NCBI GenBank assembly: GCA_025603075.1
Contig: MU626260.1
Location: forward strand, 275,380-339,379
Direction: 5' to 3'
DNA from: Neoconidiobolus thromboides FSU 785
Lineage: Eukaryota; Fungi; Entomophthoromycota
Length of the DNA: 64,000 bases
Position numbers and translations under genes: made by a program. The notes under the pieces were generated by a model. It was not told the DNA's origin. It saw nothing but the letters and a program-made list of their open reading frames with translations, and searched no databases. Below are positions 38,051 to 51,475 of the stretch, piece after piece. Each line of letters begins with the position of its first letter. Position 1 is the first letter of the stretch.

Positions 38051-38348
38051 AAATTTTATTCATTTATTTTAAAATAAATTTTTAACTAGATATAAACTTT
38101 AATATAAGAAATCTAAAAGTAAATTATAAAATAAGTAATAAAACTAAAATTTAGAAACTAAAAAGGTTGAAATAAAATAACTTAAAGTTAAATCATTAGC
38201 TGAAAATTTTAAATATTAATAATATATGTATTAAAATAATACAAAAGTATTTTTTTAACTTAATTTCTTTATTTTTAATTTCAATTCCAAATAATTATTT
38301 ATAAAATGTTATCAACTTTATTTTTATCTTTATTAATTATAAAAATAT

Positions 38349-38441
38349 GAAAACGTATTTTTGCGTTTAAGAATTTTGCTGAGTTTTTTTTATTTAAGTG
38401 ATGCTTAAGAGCTAAAAAAATAAGGTTAAAAAAACACATTT
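38349..38441 (+). mobile_element. MITE family A copy (degenerate)
   Basis: CGTATTTTTGCGTTTAAGAATTTTGCT...ATGCTTAAGAG; ends eroded. Confidence 0.55.
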
Positions 38442-38487
38442 ATACTTTATTGTTTAGTAATTAAAAAAGTTAAATTTGATAAAATAT

Positions 38488-38586
38488 GGGGATGTTTTTT
38501 TTGGTTTCACTGTTTTTTACATTTTCTAAGCGCTATCTGATCAGAAAAATTGGTAGTAAAATTCTTAAACAAAAAAATACATCCTC
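38488..38586 (-). mobile_element. MITE family A copy
   Basis: ATAT|GGGGATG...CATCCTC|ATAT. Confidence 0.88.
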
Positions 38587-38637
38587 ATATTTTAAAATTT
38601 AAAATATTATATTTATATTGATTTATTATCATAAATT

Positions 38638-38838
38638 GTTAAGCTTATGCTGAAAGGTTTTACTTTTGATAAAGCAAATTGGTAAATATTTGGCTTCAAA
38701 TTACCACAAACTTGGTCACAATAAAGTTCCAAAGCTGTAATTAAGAATGATTCTTTGCTTGATATTTAGGTGCATATCTTTTTGTTTATTAAAGATGTAT
38801 TTTGTTTAACAAGTAAAACCTTTCAGCATAAATTTAAC
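38638..38838. repeat. ~200-bp element bounded by 28-bp inverted repeats (unrelated to family A)
   Basis: GTTAAGCTTATGCTGAAAGGTTTTACTT (38638-38665) versus AAGTAAAACCTTTCAGCATAAATTTAAC (38811-38838): 26/28 complementary. Confidence 0.75.
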
Positions 38839-39569
38839 GACCTATATCAATCTTTTGTTTCATATATTATGGTCAGGTATTTCCAACAGTGATATCTAAC
38901 AAGTGTATAGTTCCCGAATACAACCATTAGAATATTATGTCATTTTAGTGATTATAAGTTTATTTTTAATCAACACCATTACATGAAAATAAAATTGTTA
39001 TAATAATTTTAAACAAATGAACCTAATTATTCCAATGTATGTTGGCTATATTAAATTATTTTTAGTTAATCTCATGTTTAAATGAGCATTTTAGTAATTT
39101 TCTAATTCATTGAAATTTTGAACTATATGAATCCCATAATTTGCTACCAATTCATATCTACCCCTAGTTTATTGTTATTAGTTGTACGGCCTATTTAAAT
39201 TTATTAAATAATTTATTCCTACAATAATTCATTACAATTTGCTAGTTGTCATGCAGTGCATATGATTGGCTTTATTAAATAAGACCGTTGGTTTTATTTG
39301 CTAAAAAGCCAAGTTGAGAAACTATTGGCTCAGCCGAGGGGCTAGAAAGTATTAAATATGATTTAAAATAAGATAAGTTCTGGTTACCTTCTCCATAGAA
39401 ATTGTCAGCACATTGACCAAAGATTGATACTAGGCTAGAATTAGTAACCTTATTTTGGATAAGCTGCACAGTGCCATATATATTTTATAATTTATACTCG
39501 TTCAGTTATAGTTGTTTATAGATCCTTTTATATTATTCTTTTTATTATATATTATATTTCAACATAGAA

Positions 39570-40652
39570 ATGTCCCTCAACGATAGTGATTTTACTTCAG
39601 ATGCTTCAGACTTCCCTTTAACACCGGAATCCTCTTCCTCTGTAAGGGGGGCTCTAGAAAGCATAAACAGACATTGTAGTGAGAATTCAAATAAAATACA
39701 ACTAAATGCAGTAATAAGTCAAGGAACAACACATTTAGATCAAAATAAACTAAATGAAAGTGAGTTAAACTTTTTAAATCAGTCTGGCTTGAACGACGAC
39801 TTTTTTAATAATTTAATTTGCTGTGGCTTAACAATAACCAATTATAAAAATATGGTCGAACATTATGAGGAATACCATACACCAACAAGAGATAAGGATG
39901 GAAACTTGATTAATTATACATCACAAACTATGGATGAAGTGTTACCACAAACCAGAAGCTACTCCCAACTGTTAGCTAGTACTTCGATACCAATTGCTGA
40001 AATGCCATCCCTTGAGTTTTCTTTGGATGATTGCAATGAACAGATGATGGATAACTTTCGTCAAACTTATGGTGAGCACCACTTAAGCTTATGGAACCTT
40101 GCTGAGCAGGCGAGAAATAATCCAAATATATTTTACACAGCTTTAGAGCAATTGCAGCTTAAAGACAAGAATGTAGATTCTAATGATTGTATTATGTCAT
40201 CTACTTCTCCTAGTGAGCCACCAACGCAAATAGGGGATGATTTGGAAGAGTATGAGATGGAGTATCAAGCGGGATGCAATGAAGATGGTAAAGTTTATAA
40301 ATGTCCTACAGAAGGCTGCACCAAAATATATAAAAACCCCAATGGATTGAAGTATCATATCAATCGAGGACGCTGCAGTACCAAATCGAATCAAGACAGT
40401 GAAAAACCATACAAATGTCAAGTTAAAGGATGTTTTCACTCTTATAAAAATTCGAATGGACTGAAGTACCATATGCAACATTCTCATCAAGAATTAATTC
40501 CAAATGTTTCTAGCAATCATATGGAGGACTTGTCAGTTAATCCCTCTCTCCTAGCTTTACATTTCCGTAATATGGATCCTAATTTGTTAAACTTAATTTA
40601 TCAGTTTCAGAATGTACCTGAAGATAATACAATAAACGAAAAACAGCTTTAA
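39570..40652 (+). CDS. SFP1: Sfp1/JAZF1-like C2H2 zinc-finger transcription factor
   Basis: N-terminal finger LICCGLTITNYKNMVEHYEEYH plus YKCPTEGCTKIYKNPNGLKYH and KPYKCQVKGCFHSYKNSNGLKYH, with the Sfp1-type NxNGLKYH signature. Confidence 0.8.
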   Translation: MSLNDSDFTSDASDFPLTPESSSSVRGALESINRHCSENSNKIQLNAVISQGTTHLDQNKLNESELNFLNQSGLNDDFFNNLICCGLTITNYKNMVEHYEEYHTPTRDKDGNLINYTSQTMDEVLPQTRSYSQLLASTSIPIAEMPSLEFSLDDCNEQMMDNFRQTYGEHHLSLWNLAEQARNNPNIFYTALEQLQLKDKNVDSNDCIMSSTSPSEPPTQIGDDLEEYEMEYQAGCNEDGKVYKCPTEGCTKIYKNPNGLKYHINRGRCSTKSNQDSEKPYKCQVKGCFHSYKNSNGLKYHMQHSHQELIPNVSSNHMEDLSVNPSLLALHFRNMDPNLLNLIYQFQNVPEDNTINEKQL

Positions 40653-40942
40653 AATAGTATTTTTATTTATTTATTAAGATAGAGTGTTTATTATTGAAAT
40701 AAAATTATTATTATTACTTTTTTAAAATTGTATGTAGTTACTTTTGAATTTTTTTATCAAAGTTGTGTTTTTGGATTTTGTCCAAACTAAATTTGTGTTT
40801 AATAAATTACCAAATATGAAACGTAATCAAAATTTATAAAACAAGAAATCAAAAACACAAGTGTGGGGTAACATTTATGTTAAAAAGTATAAAAGATGTA
40901 AACAAAGGCTAAAGTAAATCATTTTTTTACTAGAAGTACAGT

Positions 40943-42108
40943 ATGCTAAATTCGCTCAACTATTTATTTTTCCTATTTAATATAATTCCAAGTATTCAAT
41001 GTAAATTTAAAGAGTTTATAGTGATGGGAGATTCTTGGTCTGATGGTGGTAACTTTTATTATTTATTAAATAAAACTTTACCTCCACCATACAACTTTGA
41101 AAACCGATTTTCTAATGGACCATTATGGGTCGATGTCATTCATCAATATTTGGGGGATGTAAAACAAATCAACTTTGCTTATGCCAATGCTACCTCTAGT
41201 AGTCAATACCGGAATAGTAAGTTAACGGGTGGTTGTTTTGAAGCTATTTACTTAATTTTATAGATACTGTGCCAGGCGCTATTCAACAAGCCGATTCAGT
41301 TAAAAGATACTTAAATTTAGAGTGGCCAAAAAAAGAACAAAGAAAAGATATATTAGTTTCATTTTATTTTGGTGGCAGTGATTATTCCTTGGGTTTTGCG
41401 TCTCCAGATTTAGTTAATGAAAATTATAAAGTGGCAATCGAACTTTTAATAGAGAATGGTATACAACATTTCCTTTTACCAAAATCATTTAATGTGCCTA
41501 TGATTCCTCATACCAAGTATTTAGATCCTTATAGACTTAAACTTTATTTTTATATCTTTAGATTACATTTAATCTTTTTTGACTTTTTATTAAGGGATTT
41601 AAAAGCTAGTCATCCTAATGTGCATTTTTATACTGTAGATTTTGACGGTAACTTTTAATTTTAACTAATATTTAATAACTCATATCTCAAAACTTTTCAT
41701 ATAGAAATATTTAAAACAATAATTAAAACCCCACCAAAAGAAATCCAAAAAACTGGAGGTTATAATTTAACTCACCCATGTACTTTATACGAAGAAGAAT
41801 CTACAAACTGTTCAAATCCAACAAGTTATTTTTTTTGGGATTTGGGGCATGGAAGTAAGCGTATACAAAGAGTTATGGGTGAAGAAATGGTTAAAGTTAT
41901 GCAGTTAGCTCAACCCAGATACTTTAAAAAAGATTTTAAATTGAATTGGGGTTATCGATGGGAGCTTGATAGGTTTGGAATCTTCGAAAGTAGCTGTGAT
42001 AGTGAAGAAATGCCTAGTCATCATATTATGGATGATGATTACCTTGTTTCTTTAAAACATGTTAGAGATTTAGTAACTTTAAGTATTCTCCATAATGAAT
42101 ACAATTAA
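40943..42108 (+). CDS. Secreted GDSL/SGNH lipase-esterase, 3 exons
   Basis: Signal peptide; block I VMGDSWSDGGN; RFSNGPLWVD; NFAYANA; GGSDY; YFFWDLGH (DxxH). First intron 41217-41263 (GTAAGT...TAG). Confidence 0.88.
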
Positions 42109-42300
42109 ATATGTTATATTAAATAAAAAGAACATTCATTTTTATTTTGACTTTATTTATAAAATTTAATAAAGGTAATTTTCCAAAAATATTAAAATTA
42201 AAAATTTGGTATATTGCAAAGAAAGCTGATGAGTTAATAGATATAATTTAACATACTATAAATAGAATAGTTAAAGAGTTTAAGAAGTTCCGATACTGAT

Positions 42301-45300
42301 TTATAAGAACCCAGATTCATGAAGCAATCTTGCTATCTTTTCATCATCTCTTTCCCTTGGTTCTAGTTTTAATGAAATATCATATAATACGGTCATATCT
42401 GAAGTTTCTTCTATGCTCTTCAATATATATTCTTGAATCTCTGCAACTGAATCTAGCGAATAAGGGGAATTTTGGAATTGTTGAATTTCTCTTATAGTTT
42501 CAGCAGTTTTGGCTTGTTTAGAAAAGTTGATCAAATGAGGAGCTGATGGTAAGTAATCTGGATTACCATCATCATTGAATGTAAGATCAGTAAGATACAA
42601 TCCAAGGAAAGGCACACATGGTGGATCAACGGAGTGTAACAACTCTCTATACTTTGCAAAGTTACGAGATGTATCCATTAAAGCTTTATAATGTTCAAAC
42701 AGATGTACAGTTTTTACTGGTACTAAATCCCAAGTACGTTTCAATCGAAACACGGGTGCTACTGTAAATCCAGCTATAATGGCCATCATCGTATTGTAAT
42801 TGTTTAGTTGAAAAGCTTTATCCATAACATTGATGAAATGCTTGATTACCATTGTACGTTTCTTTACATCCTTTCTCATTAAAACAGCATCTGCTACCCA
42901 ACGTGTGACTTTATTAGACATGTCAGTCATTATCTTTACATAGCCATTAGCATCTTTACGACTCCAAGCTTTATTGAGGAATTCGGTAGGTTTAATTTTG
43001 TTATAATTGTTAGAATCAATAATTGTAAGTTGACGTGCAATTTCTAATGGATCAAGGTCCAAAAGTTTAAGTTTGTTCATATTTTTAGGAAGGATAGGAG
43101 GTGGAGCAGTACGTGCATTTAAGATCATTTTACGAAGAGCAACATCACTCGATTCTCTACGCTTAGAAATAAGTTGAACGATAAGAGAAGCTGGTTTAGG
43201 CATCACTTCATTCATAGTTGTACAGGCAAATTGTCTTAAATTTTCAAGGCCAACTTGATCTTCTCCTTCGTTGTAATATGTTTCCAACCATATTTTCATA
43301 ATGTTAAATACTCTTAATCGAACTGGTGTTAGTTTTTTTTCGGACCAAAGCTCTTGTTCATCTGGTTGAAGTCCATTTGGGCATTGTAAATTGAATCTTC
43401 TAAATAACAAATCAAAAAATTCGACAGTTGTTGTAAATGAGCGATAGGTTAGTAAAAAGGTAGCAATAAATGAAGTATCAAGGGTATCATGAGATGTAAG
43501 GCGCTCTACTAATGAAACTACAGTACCTCCTTTAACAACGTTATCTACAATTATAATACTATCATCTTGATAAGTATGCTCCAAGAACCATGGTTTCTCC
43601 ATATGGCGTATGGATCTAGCTCTTGTTGGAGACATAGCTCCCATATCAGAATACATAATGGATCCCTCAGCTCCATCATTAGAATTGTTTGATTTTACAG
43701 AGTGAGAAATAGAATGGCGAGTAGTATGATTTTGAGTTCTAGAATTAGGTGTTAAGTTTTCTACATTACCATTTGGATACATTAAACGTGGGAAAGTTTC
43801 CATGGATTGTGCAGAGCGTATATTAGGAGATGGTGAAGACATTGATCTTTGTCCTCTTTCAAGTGGTATCATAGGTTTATATTCACCCATTCCATTAAAT
43901 TGATCTGGCCTTATAATACCATTGGTTAAACCATTAATATTATAAAAGGACATGGAAATGGCTCTACGAGGACGGAATTTTAATAACATTTCAATGGATT
44001 TAGAACCAGAATCATTATTGAGACTAGTTTCTATACGGTCAACTTCTTTCTTTAATTGTAGGTATTCATATTGGTCCCTTTCTTCCTGAAGAAACTTAGC
44101 TCCAATAAGTATCTTATAAGTTAAACATTCAAGTTCAGCAGTGGCTTTACGAATCTTTTCTAATCTAGCTTCAATATTTTTTAGTCTAGATGCGCCTTGA
44201 GCAGTAACAGTGAGTAAACCGGTTTGTTCATATAATGACTGAAGGTATCCATTAAAATTGACAACCATTTTTTCTGGAGAATCAGAAAAATTTAAAGTGC
44301 TAACTGGAACTAAAAATTCACCAGTATGTAAAATAATTCTCTTTATACATTTAGCAAGCTTTAAGCTATCTTCTAGATCCTCATTCCTGGCATTGTTAAG
44401 ATAAAGGACATCAGTTGATATTTTTAACACAATTTCACCTAGCTTTTCAAAAAGATCAGTTACTTCTTCTGAAGTACTGTCTGGTGCTTCTGAGTCTTCT
44501 TGTGGTTTAACTCTTATCCCATTTTCTTGTGCTGTTGTTACAAAATGACGAACAGTGAGTAATATATCATTTGATAAACTTTGGAGGTTATTAAGGGCAT
44601 CAGGTGATGGCCAAATAGATGAAGCCATTCTAGAAGCTAAAACCAACTTTCCTAAAGTTTTTAAAAGATGGGAATGATGTGCTTTTAATAAAGCATGTGA
44701 GTTTAAAATGGAATAATCTTGTTCAGTGATTCCAGCAGAAGCTAAAAGTTTTTGAATGGATTTAACAATGCAATTGGTATGATAAACATAATCCCACTTT
44801 AACTTATTTTTTATCGAATGATTCAAACGATGAACAGACAACACTATTGATGAAGTTACTGAAGCCCATGATAATTCTGAAGAATCAGCATCTAATGAAG
44901 ATACAAATCCTGATGGTCGACGTGCTCGACGTGGTTGTGGATCAAATAATGGATCTGCAATTGTATCACTATCATCTGAAGCATCTGAGCTTTCAGAAAT
45001 TGAAGAATTCCTTGAAGAAGCTATTCGAGAAATTGGTTTTGGCTAATAATTATGATTAGCTATTTAAATGTATTTGTATTGGTTTAATTTACCAAAATTC
45101 TAGCATTACTATCTTGGCATGGAAACTCCCAGGAAATGATATCATTAATGAAATTAAAATAATATTGTTTACCACTCATATCGCTAGTGACACCCCAATA
45201 AGGGGGTAATAATTTTGTTGGATCAGGTAATTCTATATACTAAAATACTTAGATATTAACAATAAAAATAAATGAATATTTACTTGACGAGGTATTATTT

Positions 45301-45801
45301 CATTATACAAAGTTTGAAATATCTGTAAGCGCCAAGATTCTGTTGGATGAAGCGCAAGAAATTCTAAACCTTCATCAAGTTGAAATGACATATCTTCTTC
45401 TTCTTCCATATGGCTTGAAAGGAAACTTTTTGGTGGTAAGATGGACTCTTCATCATTGAAACTTACATTGCTGCTTTTCCTTTCGTTTAAAATGGAACCT
45501 GGGCCATTTCTTTTATTCATTGTTGTTTCGGAAAATTTTAACTCGTTTACCTTTAAAAAGTTAGAGTAATGAACTAGTTAGTACTATTTTTTCTTACTTT
45601 ATCATGATACTCTCTTTCTTCTTCAATAGTTAAACCCATAACATATTGTGGTGGAAATAAACCAGTGCGATCATCCATTTTACCTTCCCACCAACCAGAC
45701 TCTTCATGAGAAGTTACTTGAAATATATCACCTTGACGGAAAGTAAGTAAAGAAGTATCTTCAGATATATGATCACATAGAGCTTTTACAATTTGCGCCA
45801 T
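42301..45801 (-). CDS. CDC25: Ras guanine-nucleotide exchange factor, Cdc25/Ste6 type (SH3-WW-REM-RasGEF)
   Basis: SH3 exon at 45801-45574 (ALCDH...GWWEG...GLFP); WW exon (LPPYWGVTSDMSGKQYYFNFINDIISWEFP); REM VKGGTVVSLVERLT, FLLTYRSF; catalytic EIARQLT, NNYN, PCVPFLGLYLTDL, INFSK. Confidence 0.95.
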
Positions 45802-46770
45802 GTTTTTAATATTTAATTTTAATCAACTGTAAAATAAAAAATTAGAAGTTATAAAGAAACCAAAGATTAATAAAATTTTAAATAAATTAAAACATACATT
45901 GATGAGTTATTTAAAGGGATTTGAAGCTAAACGAAAGTTATAAATTAATAAGTTTGAGAAAATACAAAGTATTTACTTTAGTTTTCAAAAAAGATCAATT
46001 AGAATATATACATTTTTTTAATGTTAAATTTATTGGATTAAATTCTAAATTTCTTTATTTTGATTAGTATTGATTCTCTTAATTGTCTTATTATTAAATG
46101 CCAGCTAAATTTATCCGAGAGGTAAAAATTTATGCCACATACGATATACAAATTGGAACCCTATTAATGCTAATATAAAAATATTGGTTCTCTTGATGTT
46201 TTAATAAAATAGCCTGATAGAAAATTAAATGAGAATGATTGGTCAAATTAAGGTTGGAATTTTATTTAATTCTTCTCGAAATTGTATTTGTCTTTGGTAA
46301 ATATTTCCTATTCCATTCAAATGAGAGGTAAAAATATAGATATACTTTAATAAGATTTAGGCTAAGAGGACCATAAGTTGTTGAAAGGTTTGTGTGATAT
46401 ATTATTTATTATAAACATTGAAGGATTTTTTTGAAACAATCATATAATAAAGCCACAGATTGCGAACTTTGGTCATAATTATTAAACATTTGATAAATAC
46501 GGTATAGTTTTATAAAATATGGTTTAAATGAATTAAAATTAACTTTAAGATAAAGTTTTAAATCTATAACTTGATATATTAATATCTATATCAGATATCA
46601 TATTGAGAGTCTTCCATAAAGTTTACTTTAGTATTTAGTATATTGTATATCCTTAATAGCAAACTAATAAAAGCATGACAATGTTATGTAAATTGACATC
46701 TTTGAATGTTTGAGAATATTAAATTCGCTCAAAAATTGGTAGATTGGGTTATTATTTGGAATATTCATTT

Positions 46771-46869
46771 GGAGATGATTTTTTTGGTTTCATTACTTTT
46801 TCCATTTTCTAAGCGTTATTTTAGTGGAAAGATTGGTAGTGAAATTCTCAAACAAAAAAATACATCCCG
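46771..46869 (-). mobile_element. MITE family A copy
   Basis: GGAGATG...TACATCCCG; near-consensus reverse core. Confidence 0.85.
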
Positions 46870-47130
46870 TTTTTTACTTTAAACATTTTATGTAAAAATC
46901 ATAATTTATTTTACTTTTAAAAGATTCAACTCAATTAATCTTTAATATTTACTTTGAAAAATTATATTTATACAAAAAAAATCAAAAAATCAAAAAATCA
47001 AAAAGGATTAAATAATTTTAATCTAAAATTAGTATCTTATTTAGTAAATAAAATATGAGCTTAAATCATAGAATATAAAAAAAATTATATGTAAAAAACT
47101 AGGAGGAATCTCAATGACTGAAAATAAATA

Positions 47131-47203
47131 GCCTGGCTAGCTCAATCGGCAGAGCGTGAGACTCTTAATCTCAAGGTTGCGGGTTCGACCCCCGCGTTGG
47201 GCT
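47131..47203 (+). tRNA. tRNA-Lys(CUU)
   Basis: Anticodon arm TGAGA-CTCTTAA-TCTCA; T arm GCGGG-TTCGACC-CCCGC; acceptor GCCTGGC/GTTGGGC (three G-U pairs). Confidence 0.9.
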
Positions 47204-47262
47204 TTATACAATTTTTCATCTGTATTAGCTTTTTTGCCTAAAACATACATATAACCAAATAT

Positions 47263-47346
47263 GTAGCTTTTTTTTGATTTCACTATTTTCCATTTTAGAA
47301 ACATTACTAAGTGGAAAAATTATTAATAAAGTTTAAAAGACATCCT
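47263..47346 (-). mobile_element. MITE family A copy (degenerate)
   Basis: GATTTCACTATTTTCCATTTTAG...AAGTGGAAAAATT...GACATCCT. Confidence 0.55.
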
Positions 47347-48028
47347 TAATAATTATCTAAGCTACTTATTCAAATTACAGCGTTTTTTATAAAATTTCAA
47401 AAATACTAAAACTAGCAAATAAAATTAGAGCAAAATTTAACCTAAAGTAAACAACAATTTTAGCCAAAAGTTTGTACCATATTTTATAAAATATATCAAA
47501 CAAAAAAAGTTATTTACTTCACTTAACATGCTTTATGCTTTAATTGCAAGTTGATATTGTAAACTGTGATGTAAAGGCTGGTTTTGCTATCACTAAATTT
47601 CAGCTTAGTTTGTACATTAATTTTGACATCTTTAAAACTTTATAAAAGACATTGTAGCAACATAACATTTCTTAATAGTAATAATATAGATTTGAAGGGA
47701 TGTGTTACTGGACATACAAACCATTTGTCCATAGTGGCTAGTCCCTTCAAATCTATGTTATTTAGTATCAACTTTTGTTTCAACTTTTAGCTTAAAATAT
47801 TTCTATTTTTTATGTTGGTTAAAGAGTGATCTAAATATCCAATAAACTCAAGTTCCTAAAACCAGTAACTCATTCTAATTTTTCGAATAAAATGCAAATT
47901 TTCCCATAACATTGATCCCAGAATGAATTCCAAATAAACATTTTAAAATATCATTCTTCAAATTCAATTCCATTCAGGAAACTAGAATTATATAGAACAA
48001 ATAGAAATTATAGAATTGTTGAAGAAAC

Positions 48029-50694
48029 ATGGGTAAAGGGTTCCATCATCGAGCAACAACGAAACAAGTGAATAAAAAATTTAAAAGTAAACATAGTAGT
48101 AAAAATGCATTACGTGATTTAGCCAAAGGAAAAGTGAATGCTATAAAATTAGCTAAAGGCAAATTAGCTGGAGATTTGAATAAATCAGATCGAAAAAATC
48201 AAAGCAAAATGCAATTAAAAAATAAACAATTAAAATTGGATGAGTTAAATCAATTATTTAATGGGAAATTAGGAATAACTAAGTTAGTAGTAAGTTCGAG
48301 ATGAAAAGTTTTCTTTGAAAGATAGATATTGATTGGATTCACTTTTTAGGCAGTAGTCCCATTATGTGAAGATGTTAGTAGTCTTGATTTAATTGGTAAA
48401 TTATTTAATTCAAGTAAACAACAGTTACCAGAGTCATTTACATCCAGTGTTACTTTACAGTAAATATTAATTTATCATCTTGAAAATAGGAAATAAGAAT
48501 ATTTGAATTAATAATTTTTTTAAATAGATCCGATATTCTAAAACATAAATTACAATTTCAAATATTACCTCGAGATTTGTATACCATATTAGACGGTGTT
48601 AAAGTGGCTGATTTTGTTATCTTTGTTTTATCAGCTACTAAAGAGGTGGACCAATTTGGTGAACTTTGTATTTCTTCAATTCAAGCTCAGGGTATTCCTA
48701 ATTCATTTAATTTTGTAGAGGTAAAGAGAAATTTTTTACTAGAAATATTAAAAACTAAAAGATGCTAATACATTTTTTACATTAAAAAAATATAGGGCTT
48801 AAATCAAGTACCAGTCAAATCTCAACCAGATGTTAAAAAATCATTATCTAGCTTTGTTAATTATTTTTTTCCTGAAAATGATAAGGTATTTAATGCAGAG
48901 AATGAAATGGTAATATTTTCATTTAATAATTTATTAAAGTTAATTATTTTATTTTATAGGAATGTTTAAGTGTATTAAGATCCATTGCTACTCAAACCCC
49001 GAAATTAATTTCATTTAGAGAAAATCATCCTTATTTATTTGCAGATCATGTAGATTATCAAGTGGATAATAATAATCAAGTAAAAAATTAATAGAGTATA
49101 TAAATAATATAGCTAATAATATTAATAATTTTTGTAGGAATTTGGTACATTAGCAGTGACTGGTTTTGTACGTGGTAATAATTGGGATATTAATCGATTA
49201 GTTCATTTACAAGATCTAGGAGATTTTCAAATTAGAGCAGTAAGTTTTATAAAATAATACTTTTTATATTTATTTTATATTTACTTTATATTTATTTTAT
49301 TTTAGATTGAAACAGCTGTTAATCCATATCTTGGTGAACATACAGTAACTAATAATATTTAATAATAAGAAACTAATAATAAAAAATTAATAATATTAAT
49401 AGATTCAAACCCAAATAGCTAATAAAATGCAGTTATTACCAAACCCTGAATTACAAGTAATTTTTAAAAATTCTATAGAAAGCAATTAATTAATATCAAA
49501 ATATTTACAGGATTCTTTAATTAATTGTAATGAACCTGATTTAATGGAAGGTGAACAAACGTGGCCAACAGAACAAGAATTAAAAGAAGCAGATGAAAGA
49601 ATTGAACAACTTGGATTAGACACAGAAACCAAACCAAGAACTAAAAGAGTCATTAAAGGTACTTCTTCTTATCAAGCTGCTTGGATTGTAGAATCCGAAG
49701 GTGAAGAAGAAGACTTAGAAATGGATGAAGAAGAAAATGAAGAAGAAAATGAAGATTCAGAAGAAGAATATGAAGATATTATTGAAGAAGATGAACAAGT
49801 AGAGGATAATAATAATGCTGATTTATTAACTAAAGAAGAAGATATGGAGCAGTAAGTTATTAAATATTATAGTGATTTTAAAATTATTTTATTTTTATTA
49901 TTTTATTTTAGTTATAATGAATATCTTAAACAAAGAGAGAATGAATTTGAAGGTAATAAAGAATTCCCAGATGAAGTAGATACCCCATTAAATACTACGG
50001 CTCGTACAAGATTTCAAAAATATAGAGGAATGTTGTCTATCAGATCTTCTCCTTGGGATCCTTATGAAAATTTACCAATGGATTATTCTAGAATATTCAT
50101 GATTAAAGATTACCTTCAAACTAAAAGAAAAGTAATTAAATTAGCCAATACAATTGATGAGAGTAAAGTAAAAGCAGGATCTTATGTTACAATTTATATT
50201 GATAAAGTACCTAGAAGTATCGAAAGTAAGTAGTTATTTTTTAATATAAATTTTAATAAATTAAGTATTAATAAATATACCTTTATAGAAATGTATAATA
50301 GAAATTTACCTTTTATTCTATTTGGTTTATTACAACATAGTAATAAAATTACATTATTGAATTATAATGTCATTCGTACTACAGAATATAAAGAAGTTAT
50401 TAAATCAAAGGTAACATTTTTATAATAATAAATAATAGTATATATTAATTAATTTTCTAATATTAATTCAGGATCCAATATTAATTCAAAGTGGATTTCG
50501 TCGATATAAAATTCAACCTATATTTTCTCAAAATGCAAAAAAATCGAAACCGTTAAATAATGTTTATAAAATGGAGCGATTTTTACCATCAGGAGATTCA
50601 TATAATTTATCTTTTTATGGTCCTATTCAATTTTCTAATGATTCTTGTTTATTATTTAAAAAAGATATACAACAAAGTAAGTTTTTTAAAATAG

Positions 50695-50726
<32 letters not shown>

Positions 50727-51236
50727 TCTATTTTAGTTTTATATTTTATATTAATTTATTTATTAATTTGTTTATTCATTTATTTATTTATTTATTTAGA
50801 TGTTCAATTAGTAGCAACAGGAACGTTTAAAGATTGTGATTGTAATAGGATAATAGTCAAAAGGATTATATTAACTGGTCATCCATTTAAAGTGAATCGT
50901 AAATCAGCTGTAGTTAGATTCATGTTTTTTAATAAAGAAGATATTGCTTGGTTTAAACCAGTTCAATTAATTACCAAGTTTGGTCGACTTGGACATATTA
51001 AGGATTCCATTGGTAAGTTTTTAATTTATTATTTTAGACTATATCTAAATAATGTTCTTATATTTTATATTATATTAATATTAATATTAATAATTATTTT
51101 TATTTTAGGTACTCATGGACATATGAAATGTGTATTTAATAATCCAATCAAACAACATGATACTGTTTGTCTTTATCTTTATAAAAGAATTTTCCCTAAA
51201 TGGAATACTCAATTATTTAATCGTTTACAAGGTTAA
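48029..51236 (+). CDS. TSR1: Pre-40S ribosome biogenesis factor Tsr1 (intron-rich)
   Basis: MGKGFHHRATTKQVNKKFKSKH; ILDGVKVADFVIF; GEQTWPT; EFPDEVDTP...ARTRFQKYRG...SPWDPYENLP; KRIILTGHPFKV...AVVRFMFF; GTHGHMKCVF...DTVCLYLYKRIFPKW. Confidence 0.97.
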
Positions 51237-51475
51237 ATAATAATAATATTAAAGTTATAATTATATAGAAAATAGATTATTAGATTATTATGTTTTTTAT
51301 TTTTATTTTTATTTTTGTCTATTTTTGCTTATTTTATTATTGAATTTTTTAATATAAAAAATAGAAAAGTTATTAGATTCAAAAATTGTAAAAAATAAAC
51401 AAATCTAAAAAAAGTTCAAGAGTGGCTTATTTTTTTTTAATTCTTTTAGCACAAATCAACGATTATAAAGAAATA

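Noticed and set aside
44847-45059. + strand 70-aa ORF
   Set aside because: Antisense to a Cdc25 exon.
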